Shown here piece by piece: positions 29,426-40,172 of a stretch of DNA of 64,000 nt. Position numbers and translations under genes: made by a program. Below the pieces are notes generated by a model. That model made no database searches, was not told where the DNA came from, and saw only the letters and a program-made list of their open reading frames with translations. The stretch comes from a virus (taxonomy: Duplodnaviria > Caudoviricetes): the IMG/VR virus record IMGVR_UViG_3300008255_000136, positions 5,335 to 69,334 of that record; one strand, 5' to 3'. Each line of letters opens with the position of its first letter. The stretch's first letter is position 1.

Positions 29426-32400
29426 TGCCAACAGGATTGAAGACAAATAATCTCTCATTTGCAAAAATGGGAAATATAAACATTCAGGCAATAAAGTCAC
29501 AGTCTGAAGACAATAAAAATGGAGCTTTGAATATTCAAGGTGCTGCGGTAATTGGCTATAATAAGATTGTAGGGCCACAGAATGGAAATATTTCGCAAAA
29601 TGCAAGCAAGCAAGTTGTACCGTTTATAAACGAATTTCAAAATCTTCAAATAACCCTTCCAAAACTTACAATTCCTATAAAGTTAGATTATAAAAAATCG
29701 GACAAATTGGTAATTTCTCCTATTTTATCTAAGTATTTTATTCCTATAAAATTAAAAGGGATATCAGAACAGAGACCAGAAATTATTTCTTTGACAGACT
29801 TTAGCTCTATTTATGCAACAAATGGCTCTGTTCAAAGCAGCGATTCTGGTGAATTTATAAAAACATCAATAGCAGCTAGGAAAATGAGACTTGATCACAT
29901 TCGTGCATTAATTTCCTCAATTCAAGAAGTTGAAGGTTCTAATAAAATTCTTCAAGAAATAGCAGAGAATTATTCTGCTGAAGTTTTGGAAGCTGAAAAT
30001 GTTGTTAAGTTAATGACAAAAATTTCTAGAACAGTTGAAAATATTAAAAATTCATTAAATGTTCGTAAATCTGAAAACTTTACTGATGAAAAAATTAATA
30101 AAGATATTGTTTCTGCTAAATCATATAAAGAATTTCTTGTAGAACTTTATGGATTTAGCGATTCTGGTGTTGATAATTTTTCAAATACAAAACTAATTGG
30201 ACAGTTCTTATTAGATGCAAGAACTACATTAGCAGAATATTCTCCATCTTTATTTGGTTCTAGCAATGTATCTTCTCCTAATGCGATTAATGCTGGTAAA
30301 GGATTTCAAATAAACCAGCCTAAACTAAATGAAAATTTTTTCAATGCCAATTTTGGATTGCAGCAAAATCAAGCAGGAATTCAAAGAAGGGCAGATAGGG
30401 ATTTTGGATCATATAACTCTGGAGAGTTTGACATAAGTGATGGTCAATTTACTTTTAAAGTTAAATCTTTTAGAAATCTTCCTTATCCAATTTTGGGAAC
30501 AGCATTTAATCAATTTTTAGATTCACTGCCAGGAAATGCATCAGATAGAGCGGCCTTATTGCTAACAACTCTTTCAAAAGAAATGAGAATTTCTTCCGGC
30601 CTCGGAAATGAAAGCATTAAAAGCGTACTTATTGATAAGCTTGGAGGTAGTGAAACGGGAGATCCATTTGAAATAATAATAGGGTCACCAGGTGACGACA
30701 TTACAGATGTTCCAAATGGAGAAAATTCTCTTTGTTCTTTGTTAAGATTTAAAAACAATTCAAACGAAGTAGTGCTTCCATTCGAGTCGTCTTATGTTAG
30801 AGGAGAAAATGGAGTCCTATACATCCCAGGCTCTAAAGAGTTTGGTGATTCTATTTTGCAATCTGAGATCCCTTATGATATTAGTAATATAAAATTGTAT
30901 CAAGAAAAAATGTCAGAAATATCAGGGGATGCAATTTCTTTGATTGGTAAAATTTTAAAAGAAAAAACTTTAAAACCAGAAAATTTGCTTGAAGATATTT
31001 CACGAAATTTTAGCGAAGCTATTGATGCGATTTTAGGAATAACAATAGAAAACAATTTGTCAGGAGAGTGGGGAGAGCTTTCTTTGATAAAGGCAGCATT
31101 TTCTAATAGAGAATTAAAGCATCTTCTTTTTCAATATGTATTGGTTCTTGGGCTTATCGGAACACCAGGAATTGGAGATATTGGTACTAGCAATGTTGAA
31201 TCGTTCTTTAGAGATATGTCATTTTTTGAAATAAAAAATTGGGGAAACTTACCTTCAATTAGTCAAAACAAAAATCTAAACAATAATACTGTTGAAAAAT
31301 TAAATTCTATATTTAAGAATTTTTTAGGAATAGAAGAAGAAGTAGATTCAAACATTGAAACCAATGACGTTTCAAACTCTCCAACTACTGATCATTTGGC
31401 TGGCTATACTGTTCTTTCTTTTTTGGTAGATTCAATAATTGGCAAAATTGACACACAAGGTGCTCCAAATATCAATAATGTCAATGGAGGAAATATTACC
31501 ATCGATCACTTGACCGGGCATTTAATTTCAAATAGAAATCTTATTTTGCTAAATAAAATGGCAGATTTCATTTCTACAATTGCAAATAGGGCAGGAAGCT
31601 TTACTGACGAAAACAATAGAACTAGAAATAATGGACTTAGCTATACAGCAATTTCTGTATTTGCATTTGAAGCTTTTATGTCAGTTTTGGAACCTCTCCT
31701 TTCTGGAATTTCAGAACCAACTACCAACGGCGAGGTATTTACCATTTCATCTAATATAGATGAACTAATAAAGTCTCAAGATATCGTAAAGACATTTTTG
31801 ACAAATCTTAACTTGAAGACAGTTGCAATAAATAACAATTCTCAGATTTCTCAGTCTCAAAATATTCAAGAAGCAAGCCTTTCTTCTACAGGAAAATTAA
31901 GAACAAAACTTCAAAAAGAAGAAACTATAATAAGTCAAATTGTATCAAGAATAAGAAGAACATTTGGATTAATTGAATCGGTTACAGCAGATGCTGTAGA
32001 TTTTTTTGCACAGAATAGCCCAAATGCACAAGGACTTGCGAATTTGATAGATTCTCAAGGAGGAAAAGAAAGAATTGCATTATTAAATGAGGCCCAATTT
32101 ATTTTATCAAGAAAGGCACTTTCAGATTTCAATGAAGGGCAAGGACTCAGCCTTATCACTAAGAATGTTTATAAAAGTCCTTCAAAGAACAAAAATCCAG
32201 AAACAAGAGTCTATCTTACCAAGGTAGAAGTTCCTGTCTTTTTAGAGGGCACAGAAATAGGTACAAATGAAAAAATATTAATGGAAACTATTTTAAATAG
32301 GCCAAAATTTAAAGGTAGCAGATCAGAGAATCTTAAAATTCTAACCATAGGAATACCAGCCGGATTTAGCAATAACTTATCCACAGAAATTGGAATTACA

Positions 32401-33369
32401 GAAGACACTCCAAACGAAATAATTAACAAACAAAGAGATGTTATTTCCATTAATGTTTATAGAAGAAGTATCGAATTTGAAGATGTGGTATTTAAACCAA
32501 GATCATATATTTTTGAGCTTTCTAGATTTGTTACAAAGTCGTCAGTAAACAGAGAAGAAGTAACTCAAAGTAAGTTTTTTGAATTTTTAAATGATAGAAG
32601 TATTGAGTTTACTAAAGATTTTGGAGCAAACTCTACAGAAGACTATCAAAGTAGAGAATCTTTTATCAATAACGAAGAATATAGTTTTTTATCAAATGCT
32701 CAAAAAAAAGAATTGGCAATTAATCATATTGAAAGTTTTGTTTTGGGATTGTATTTGCAATTATTGTTAGGAATTTCAACAGATGAAAATGACTATCTAA
32801 TTAATAACGAATTGTTAGATGGGTTTGTAAGTGACGAATCAAGAAATAGGTTTAACGATCTTGTTTTGACTTATGTTCAAGGAATTACGCAATTGCCTAT
32901 AACAATTCAACAGCTAAAAAATTCATCTCCACAAATCAAGTCTTTGTTAGAAAAAATTGACACATTTGCCTTGAATGCTAGCTTTACTGAGCAAATAACT
33001 CCACCCATTCTTCCTGGTGTTGCAATTGATCAAAGAATTGAACTAACTGAAGATTTGATTAATTTTGTAAAGTTATTCACTCCAAAGTCATTACTTACGG
33101 GAGGAAAGATTCATTCACTAAGAATAACGTCTCCTAAAATCTTTGAAAGGATCTTTAATTTGGCAGTAGACCCAGATGATTTTGAAATTGATCTTGAAAA
33201 AACATTTGAAACAACTTCTGGAGCGAAAATGTATGGCGTTCTAGAAAAGAAAAAAATGCTAACAACATCTAATGGAAAAGTTAAAATAAAAGAAAGAAGC
33301 AAAAACAATACTATTTCATTAGATCAATTTTTTGTTACTATATCAACAGTAGAAGAGGAAAGCCAGTGA
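29425..33369 (+). CDS. Large virion-associated protein, function unknown
   Basis: 1314-aa largely helical ORF in the tail operon. Confidence 0.55.
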   Translation: MPTGLKTNNLSFAKMGNINIQAIKSQSEDNKNGALNIQGAAVIGYNKIVGPQNGNISQNASKQVVPFINEFQNLQITLPKLTIPIKLDYKKSDKLVISPILSKYFIPIKLKGISEQRPEIISLTDFSSIYATNGSVQSSDSGEFIKTSIAARKMRLDHIRALISSIQEVEGSNKILQEIAENYSAEVLEAENVVKLMTKISRTVENIKNSLNVRKSENFTDEKINKDIVSAKSYKEFLVELYGFSDSGVDNFSNTKLIGQFLLDARTTLAEYSPSLFGSSNVSSPNAINAGKGFQINQPKLNENFFNANFGLQQNQAGIQRRADRDFGSYNSGEFDISDGQFTFKVKSFRNLPYPILGTAFNQFLDSLPGNASDRAALLLTTLSKEMRISSGLGNESIKSVLIDKLGGSETGDPFEIIIGSPGDDITDVPNGENSLCSLLRFKNNSNEVVLPFESSYVRGENGVLYIPGSKEFGDSILQSEIPYDISNIKLYQEKMSEISGDAISLIGKILKEKTLKPENLLEDISRNFSEAIDAILGITIENNLSGEWGELSLIKAAFSNRELKHLLFQYVLVLGLIGTPGIGDIGTSNVESFFRDMSFFEIKNWGNLPSISQNKNLNNNTVEKLNSIFKNFLGIEEEVDSNIETNDVSNSPTTDHLAGYTVLSFLVDSIIGKIDTQGAPNINNVNGGNITIDHLTGHLISNRNLILLNKMADFISTIANRAGSFTDENNRTRNNGLSYTAISVFAFEAFMSVLEPLLSGISEPTTNGEVFTISSNIDELIKSQDIVKTFLTNLNLKTVAINNNSQISQSQNIQEASLSSTGKLRTKLQKEETIISQIVSRIRRTFGLIESVTADAVDFFAQNSPNAQGLANLIDSQGGKERIALLNEAQFILSRKALSDFNEGQGLSLITKNVYKSPSKNKNPETRVYLTKVEVPVFLEGTEIGTNEKILMETILNRPKFKGSRSENLKILTIGIPAGFSNNLSTEIGITEDTPNEIINKQRDVISINVYRRSIEFEDVVFKPRSYIFELSRFVTKSSVNREEVTQSKFFEFLNDRSIEFTKDFGANSTEDYQSRESFINNEEYSFLSNAQKKELAINHIESFVLGLYLQLLLGISTDENDYLINNELLDGFVSDESRNRFNDLVLTYVQGITQLPITIQQLKNSSPQIKSLLEKIDTFALNASFTEQITPPILPGVAIDQRIELTEDLINFVKLFTPKSLLTGGKIHSLRITSPKIFERIFNLAVDPDDFEIDLEKTFETTSGAKMYGVLEKKKMLTTSNGKVKIKERSKNNTISLDQFFVTISTVEEESQ

Positions 33370-35324
33370 CGATATCTTTTCCATCAAAACCTTCATTGGT
33401 TGTAGACACGCCAGAAGTAAGAAATTTCAATGGCAAGTTTGTTTATAATTTTTTTACACCAGATGAAAGAGTTAATGATGAAGGAAATGTCCCTTTTTCA
33501 ATATTGAAAAAGGGATCTGATTTTTTTGACAATGCAACAGCAGATACTCTTAGTAGGATTCCAAGATTTGTAAGGCTTAATTGGTCACCTATAAAAATTA
33601 GAGAGCCAGAATTTGAATTGGTTCCATTAGTAAATGTCGATTCTTCAGGCCTTTCTAGTGAAAATCAAAATTTTATTAGAAGAAATATATCTAAAATATT
33701 AAAAGAAGAAAATTTTAGCAATTTCGGATTTTCAGGAATTCAATTCCAAGATACTGCAATTGATGGAAAGTTGCACTTGCTTGTGAGTGGTACTGTTGCA
33801 AAATTTACAAATTCAAACAATATAAAATTGGCAAAAACAGTAAATGAACAGATTGAATTTCTTGCAGGAAAAATTGACACAAATAAGGTTTCTGCGCTTG
33901 ATTTGAGCAAATTTATTGCTGGGGAATTGGGCAATGAAGATCTGTCAGATCAAACAATTATAGATGCCCTGACAGATTTGAAAACTTCTGGTGCTAGATT
34001 CTTTAGTCAAGATGAGCAAAAAGAAATTATTGAAAAGAAATTTGAAAGCTTAAAAAAAGTAAAAACAAGATCAAGAATAAACAATAAATTTATAAAAACA
34101 TTTTTGTCCACAATTTCAACTGATCCATTAGGCTTTTTTGCAGATGAAGTTGGTCCACTTCTTGGAGATGCTGACAGGTTGCAGACAGAAATGGTGCAAA
34201 ATACAAATACTGACTCTATTGAAGAGGCAGAATACGACATTACGGTAGAGCCAGTATCATTACGTGCGGCTCCTAAGGATTCGTCTTTTTTACCAACTCG
34301 AAAACATATTGGCTATATTATAGACAAATTTCAAAGAAATAGTAACGGAACATTAGTTGAAGTAGACCCAATTGTTTTAGAAAATTCAAATACTACATCA
34401 ACAATAGACTTTTTTGTATCTTATGGTTTGTCGTACGTATATCAAATAAGGGCAATTTATCTTTTAGAGTTTCAAAGCTTTTCTGAACAAGATGACCAAA
34501 TAGCCATTTCTACAATACTTGTTAGTTCTTCTCCTTCTCAAAGATTGATTGTAAATACCGAAGAAACAATTCCTCCACCTCCTCCTTCGGATATAAATAT
34601 TTTTTGGGATTTTACTGAGCAAAGACCATGCATCTCATGGAGCTTTCCAGTAAACCCGCAACAAGACATTAAGCGCTGGCAAGTGTTTCGCAGAAAATCT
34701 ATAGATGATCCATTTGAAATATTGGTTGAATTAGATTTTGATAATAGCTTTGTTCCTACTCAAAACTATGAAAAAGTCAATATAAATCTAAGGAGAAAAT
34801 TATCAAGTCCTCAAAATTTTTGGATTGATAAAGATTTCAAAAAAGATGATAGTTTTATATATACTGTTTCTAGTGTAGATGCTCATGGAATGAGTTCAAA
34901 TTATGGAATACAATTTGAAATAAAATTTAATAGATATAAGAATAATATTGAAAAAAAACTAATATCTGGAAGTGGTGCGCCAAAACCATATCCTAATATG
35001 TTTTTAAATACTGACACTTTTGTGGATGTAATAAAAAATAGTAATCATAAAAAAGTGAAAATTTATTTTGAACCTGAATACTTAGAAATAGTAAGTAAAG
35101 GTCATTTGTCAGAACCTGTAATTGGAACATCTGAAAATGGAACAAGTTACAAAATGCAAATGATAAACGTAGACTTTCAACAAAATCAGCTTGTAGATAT
35201 CGTAATAAAGGATCTAAGAACGGCAAAGAAAGAAAAAAATTCGCCAGGAGCAACGAATGCTCCTAAACTTTATATGCATAAGGCATATATTGAAAACGAT
35301 TCTGATGATATAACAAAAGGATAA
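33366..35324 (+). CDS. Structural protein with FN3-like domains
   Basis: YVYQIRA, PPPPPSDINIFW, WQVFRRKS, IYTVSSVDAHG. Confidence 0.6.
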   Translation: MTISFPSKPSLVVDTPEVRNFNGKFVYNFFTPDERVNDEGNVPFSILKKGSDFFDNATADTLSRIPRFVRLNWSPIKIREPEFELVPLVNVDSSGLSSENQNFIRRNISKILKEENFSNFGFSGIQFQDTAIDGKLHLLVSGTVAKFTNSNNIKLAKTVNEQIEFLAGKIDTNKVSALDLSKFIAGELGNEDLSDQTIIDALTDLKTSGARFFSQDEQKEIIEKKFESLKKVKTRSRINNKFIKTFLSTISTDPLGFFADEVGPLLGDADRLQTEMVQNTNTDSIEEAEYDITVEPVSLRAAPKDSSFLPTRKHIGYIIDKFQRNSNGTLVEVDPIVLENSNTTSTIDFFVSYGLSYVYQIRAIYLLEFQSFSEQDDQIAISTILVSSSPSQRLIVNTEETIPPPPPSDINIFWDFTEQRPCISWSFPVNPQQDIKRWQVFRRKSIDDPFEILVELDFDNSFVPTQNYEKVNINLRRKLSSPQNFWIDKDFKKDDSFIYTVSSVDAHGMSSNYGIQFEIKFNRYKNNIEKKLISGSGAPKPYPNMFLNTDTFVDVIKNSNHKKVKIYFEPEYLEIVSKGHLSEPVIGTSENGTSYKMQMINVDFQQNQLVDIVIKDLRTAKKEKNSPGATNAPKLYMHKAYIENDSDDITKG

Positions 35325-35365
35325 ACTTCGATGATTACAAATATAATGAGAGGATTAAATTAACA

Positions 35366-36073
35366 ATGGGCTTTCTTGATCATACAACAAACAATATTAT
35401 TCTTGATGCAGTTTTGACTGACAGCGGAAGGCAGGCTCTTGCTCGCAATGATGGATCGTTTTCTTTTATAAAGTTTGCACTTGGAGATGACGAAGTTGAC
35501 TATACTATAATTCCAAAATTTGGAAGAGTTGTTGGAAAAGAAAAGATTGAAAAAAACACTCCTGTTTTTGAAGGATTGACAAATCAAAATTTTTCTCAAA
35601 AATCAAGAATGGTAAGTATTTCTAATCCAAACCTTGTTAGGCTTCCTACTTTGTCTTTGACTGGAGAAAATTTGGCAACAAATATTGTTTCTTTAGGGGC
35701 AACAACAACAAAAACATCTTCTCTGTCTGTTTCTCAAACCATTCAAAACGAAGACACTATTGATGCAGAACTTAGAGATCAAGGGTTTGAAATTTCCCTG
35801 AGCAACGACTTTCTTCAAATCCAAGGCTCCGTGCCAGATATTATCGACGGTACAAGGGTTGCCACATATATTTTGAGAAGAGATCCAACAGAAACCTCTG
35901 TTGGAGGTTCTAGACTTACATTTACGCTTGAAGTTAGGTCTATTTCAAATGACCAATTTACAGTATTTGGAACCGCAAACAATAAAAACATCATTAGAAC
36001 ATTTGTAAAAATAAAAGGAGTTCAAAGTGGTGCAGTAAAAGAATTTGAAGTTCAAATTAGCAAAAATGATTAA
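35366..36073 (+). CDS. Baseplate/tail-fibre anchoring protein
   Basis: ILDAVLTDSGRQALA...KFALGDDEVDY resembles the N-terminus of tail-collar fibre (DUF3751-like) domains. Confidence 0.6.
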   Translation: MGFLDHTTNNIILDAVLTDSGRQALARNDGSFSFIKFALGDDEVDYTIIPKFGRVVGKEKIEKNTPVFEGLTNQNFSQKSRMVSISNPNLVRLPTLSLTGENLATNIVSLGATTTKTSSLSVSQTIQNEDTIDAELRDQGFEISLSNDFLQIQGSVPDIIDGTRVATYILRRDPTETSVGGSRLTFTLEVRSISNDQFTVFGTANNKNIIRTFVKIKGVQSGAVKEFEVQISKND

Positions 36074-36107
36074 GCTAGATTTAGAATTATTTGGAGAAAA
36101 TGGATAA

Positions 36108-37349
36108 ATGGCAGTTTTTAAAGAATTAACACCAAACGATATCAAGACAGCTAGGTCTTTTTTGAATCAGCTAATTGATATTACACAAGAAGATATTAGT
36201 GGAAGCGTTACTAGACAAAAATATCAGGCTTTTGTAACTGGAGGTATAGGACCCGGAGTAACCTCTTCTTTGTATCAAACGGTACATGACCAAGATCTTA
36301 CTCTTCAAACGGCAAATGAAGTTTTAGATATGACAATTGGGCTTTACTTTTCTGGCTCTACTGTTCAAGACATTAAAACTGGTGAAGATTCTGCTGGAAA
36401 GCTTTTGTTTCCTTCAACGTCTTTAATGATGCGTGAAAAGATTGATATATACAAGCAACATGCGCTCATTCTTTTAGGCGATTCAAATGAAAGATTTGCT
36501 TCTCCTTTTGGCTCTGCTACGTCTACAGATCTTATTGATGAAGCATTTTTTATTGACTTTAAAAGATTGTTCTTTAGAGATGGATTGAAGCGTGAAACTT
36601 TTGCAATGCAGTTTTATCAATCATCTTCAAATAATGGCGCAGGTCCGGCAACTGATACTTCTGGCAACCTAAATAGAACTTCTGAAAATGGAATAAAAAT
36701 ATTTACAGATGCAGGTGCCGCAGCGAATCAAGAAGTTTCTTTTGGCGGAAAGGTTTCCAATGTTGTTGATTCTTCAGATACTTCAAGAAATGTTGGATTG
36801 CTTTTCAATGATCAGGGAATTGTCGTTCTTGATTTGTCAAAGATTATTTCTGGTTCAGAGTACGTAACAGGAGTTATCTCGGCAATGAGTGATGCTGCCG
36901 TTCCTGGACATGCCGATACTGCCGCAGGATTTACTCTTATAGGAGATCTTGACGCAGGAGGAAATCCTGATGCGAAGTTCATTCCAGATTTTTTGACTTC
37001 TGGCTCTATTGACAACATTATTGACCATTTAGCGTCAACAAGATTCAGCTCAGGAACATTGACTGCAATGACGTTTCAAAATCAAACGATCATTAATTCG
37101 ACATTGGTTTTCGCAAGAGCTACAGCCGACGAATTCAATTACAGTTCCAATAAAACATTTACAAATACAGAAAATAGAATTGTTGTTATTGATGAAGGTC
37201 AAGAAGATGTTCAGCAGACATTTACTTTTGTAACATCTGTTGGACTATATGATGCAAACAATAATCTTTTGGCTGTTGCAAAATTGTCGAGACCAATAGA
37301 AAAAAACCCGGAAAAAGATATTACATTCAGAATAAGGTTGGATTTCTAA
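36108..37349 (+). CDS. Baseplate/tail structural protein
   Basis: C-terminal VGLYDANNNLLAVAKLSRPIEK...RIRLDF; paralogous to the C-terminus of 37768..40149. Confidence 0.65.
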   Translation: MAVFKELTPNDIKTARSFLNQLIDITQEDISGSVTRQKYQAFVTGGIGPGVTSSLYQTVHDQDLTLQTANEVLDMTIGLYFSGSTVQDIKTGEDSAGKLLFPSTSLMMREKIDIYKQHALILLGDSNERFASPFGSATSTDLIDEAFFIDFKRLFFRDGLKRETFAMQFYQSSSNNGAGPATDTSGNLNRTSENGIKIFTDAGAAANQEVSFGGKVSNVVDSSDTSRNVGLLFNDQGIVVLDLSKIISGSEYVTGVISAMSDAAVPGHADTAAGFTLIGDLDAGGNPDAKFIPDFLTSGSIDNIIDHLASTRFSSGTLTAMTFQNQTIINSTLVFARATADEFNYSSNKTFTNTENRIVVIDEGQEDVQQTFTFVTSVGLYDANNNLLAVAKLSRPIEKNPEKDITFRIRLDF

Positions 37350-37351
37350 TT

Positions 37352-37765
37352 ATGAATTTAAGTAAAATTGTAAATAAAATAAAAGATGAATATTCTATTT
37401 ATCCTAGCTTGGCAGATAATAATGTCTTTGAAGTGAAGTTTGAAAATTTCACAATATTTGCAAATAAGCTTGATCAAATCAAAGAGCATTCTTATTTTAT
37501 TTCTGATTACCGTTACAAATTTGCTGGGATCTCATCTGGTTGTGGGGATGTTACTATTTGCGCAGCAGTTACAAGCGAGTTTTTGGATGCATTTAGACAG
37601 CATCAGCTTATAGGAAAAAAAGAAAACGTAATAGTCCCATCAAAGAACCTTGTTCTTCTTGGTTCTTTTATAAAAGAGATAAAATATTCAAACTATAATA
37701 GTGATCATTCCTTGTCTTATGTTACTATAACGCTATTTGTTGATAATTTTGCATATATACAATAA
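37352..37765 (+). CDS. Hypothetical protein, possible tail-tube (gp19-like) fold
   Basis: GDVTI and C-terminal LLGSFIKEIKYSNY...VTITLFVD echo tube-protein patterns; weak match. Confidence 0.4.
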   Translation: MNLSKIVNKIKDEYSIYPSLADNNVFEVKFENFTIFANKLDQIKEHSYFISDYRYKFAGISSGCGDVTICAAVTSEFLDAFRQHQLIGKKENVIVPSKNLVLLGSFIKEIKYSNYNSDHSLSYVTITLFVDNFAYIQ

Positions 37766-37767
37766 TA

Positions 37768-40149
37768 ATGTCACTTGTTAAAATAACAGAAGACGATATT
37801 GAAACATTTACTATTGTCACAAATCCTAAAAAGAACTATGTAAGTAGTTCTTTTGATGGTGTTACTGGCACTTTAAATTTGTTTGCAAGACGTTCTTCTA
37901 TTGAAAAAGAGTCCCAACCTCTTTCGTCATTTCAAACAGGGTTTTTTAATGATGAAAGCATTGAAGACTTGAGACTTAAAATGGTCAAAAAGGCCAAAGT
38001 TTCAACCGATGTATATAATGAAACAAATGCATATATTGCTGGTGTAAATTCTGAAAACACATCTGCTAGAAAGCAAAAGCAACTTAACATTTTTAGATTT
38101 GAACCTTCTTTTGAGTTTACAGAAAACACTCTAAAAAAGAGAGTTATTCAAGAGCTTTATCCTTATTATCGAATTCAGCATACAGATGCTCATTGGGCAT
38201 ATACCAATTATCACAGCTTAAATTTTTTTACATCTTCTGGCGTTCCTGAAGACTCTGTTCTTCTTTATCCAAACTCTGCATCTTCACCTTCTTTGTCTTC
38301 TATTTCTGGAAGCTATTCTCTGCCTGGTGCTTTTACTTTTGAATTTTATATAAACCCAAGATATACAACAGATGAGCCTGGAAGCGATTTTAAGGCTGGT
38401 ACTATTTTCCATCTTTCTTCTTCTTATGTTGTTTCTTTGGTAACAGGCTCTTCAAAGGATTCAAGAGGGTTTGCTGATGGATTTAAAATTCTTTTACAGT
38501 TAAGTCATAGTGCAGACATTTCTCCTTCACTTGCTTCTGTTGGAACCTATCCCAATGATTTAATATTTGAAACAAATGACAATGTATTAAAAAGGAATAA
38601 TTGGCACCATGTAGCAATTCGTTGGGGGACTGAAAAAATAAATCAAGGAAGTGGCTCTTTCTTTATTGATGGTGTGGAAGCAGGTTCTTTTGTAGTTCCG
38701 TCGTCTTCTGTGGCACCTGCTCCATTCTCTTTACCTAAGGGCAACCCAGATGTCCTTTGTGTTGGAAATTTTTATGAAGGAATAAACACAGGCTCTTCTG
38801 GGCAGTCTTTATTTTTCAATACAGAACCTTCAACTAGAGATGGGTTGGTAAACTTGGCAGCAAGTTTTAATCAGCATGCTCCTGACGAATTTTCATTTGA
38901 ACACCCATTGAATGCAGAAATTCATGATTTGAGAATATATAAGTCTTTTAGATTGTCTGACAATATTAAAGAAGATGCATTGAAAGGTCCAGCAAATTTA
39001 GAAGGTTTGGCATTTTATCTTGGCCCATTTTTTACTAGAGAAAGTCCTATAAGGCAGGTTTTAAATCAGCAAGGGGGAGTTTTGCAAACTCCTTTTTTTG
39101 GAATTGATGGAACAACAGATGATCCATTTAATGTTGCTATGTCATTTGGAGTAGGTGGACATTATATGAATCTTGAAAATTTCTTGAGAGATTTGGTAAC
39201 AGGAAACTATCCAAGACAATATCAGCTAACAGGATCTCAAATTACTGATACAGTCGATCCAAAAAGTGCAAATGAATTTCTTTATCAAACAGGTTCTATT
39301 GCGAAAAGAAACTTAACAGTTTTGCCATGCGACAATGGATTATTTCTTCCGAACTTCAATCTTTTGAGAAGTGGAACAATAACAAATACGCCTCAAATTG
39401 GCTCTGCGATGGAAAAATTTGTTAACGATTTAGGGCATCTTGACTTGACGCTCATTTCTCTTAATAATTTGGTTTCTTCTTCAAGTCTTCGTCCTGGTTT
39501 AGTATTTCAATCTGGTTCCATTTTTGAAAAGATAGCAGGAGCAACGCCGGAGGATCCAGGAGTAGATCCCGGTGAAGTTTTGACAATTTACCAAAGAACA
39601 AGAGATAACTCTTCAAATGAAATTTCATTTTTTGAAATAAGCAATATATTTTTTGGAAATAGAATAAACCCAAAAACTTTTTCAATAACAGATTCTAAAA
39701 TAACAGGAAGTAATGAAAAAGTTTCTATAACTCTAAAAGATAATGGCTATGGAAGCTTATATCGGGCAGATTCCTTAACAGAGCACGCAACATGGAATAG
39801 TGTTGGAAATATTTTTTACAATGAAGGAATGGTTGTTGTAAAATCTCCAAATATTCCATTTTTTGGCAAAGAGCAATATTCTATGGAATTTGAAGGAGAA
39901 AGCACAATTCATGTTCTCATGCTTTCTGCCGAGGCAGCCTCGGGGCTTGTAAATTCTTCTAGCCATCCAAACTTTATTCCAGTATCTTCTTCTGTAAACG
40001 CGAATGATACTGATAAAAACTTTGTCTATATTACAAATATAGACTGGCTAGACGACAATCTAAATGTAATAATGAAAACAGGCTTAAGCCAGCCCATTAA
40101 AAAAACAAATAATGATAAATTATTAATAAAAGCAAAAATGGACTTCTAG
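37768..40149 (+). CDS. Tail/baseplate protein with a LamG-like domain
   Basis: FTFEFYINP, WHHVAIRW, FFIDG, AEIHDLRIY; C-terminal LSQPIKK...KAKMDF. Confidence 0.65.
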   Translation: MSLVKITEDDIETFTIVTNPKKNYVSSSFDGVTGTLNLFARRSSIEKESQPLSSFQTGFFNDESIEDLRLKMVKKAKVSTDVYNETNAYIAGVNSENTSARKQKQLNIFRFEPSFEFTENTLKKRVIQELYPYYRIQHTDAHWAYTNYHSLNFFTSSGVPEDSVLLYPNSASSPSLSSISGSYSLPGAFTFEFYINPRYTTDEPGSDFKAGTIFHLSSSYVVSLVTGSSKDSRGFADGFKILLQLSHSADISPSLASVGTYPNDLIFETNDNVLKRNNWHHVAIRWGTEKINQGSGSFFIDGVEAGSFVVPSSSVAPAPFSLPKGNPDVLCVGNFYEGINTGSSGQSLFFNTEPSTRDGLVNLAASFNQHAPDEFSFEHPLNAEIHDLRIYKSFRLSDNIKEDALKGPANLEGLAFYLGPFFTRESPIRQVLNQQGGVLQTPFFGIDGTTDDPFNVAMSFGVGGHYMNLENFLRDLVTGNYPRQYQLTGSQITDTVDPKSANEFLYQTGSIAKRNLTVLPCDNGLFLPNFNLLRSGTITNTPQIGSAMEKFVNDLGHLDLTLISLNNLVSSSSLRPGLVFQSGSIFEKIAGATPEDPGVDPGEVLTIYQRTRDNSSNEISFFEISNIFFGNRINPKTFSITDSKITGSNEKVSITLKDNGYGSLYRADSLTEHATWNSVGNIFYNEGMVVVKSPNIPFFGKEQYSMEFEGESTIHVLMLSAEAASGLVNSSSHPNFIPVSSSVNANDTDKNFVYITNIDWLDDNLNVIMKTGLSQPIKKTNNDKLLIKAKMDF

Positions 40150-40172
40150 AGAGTTATTGTATAATTATTTTT

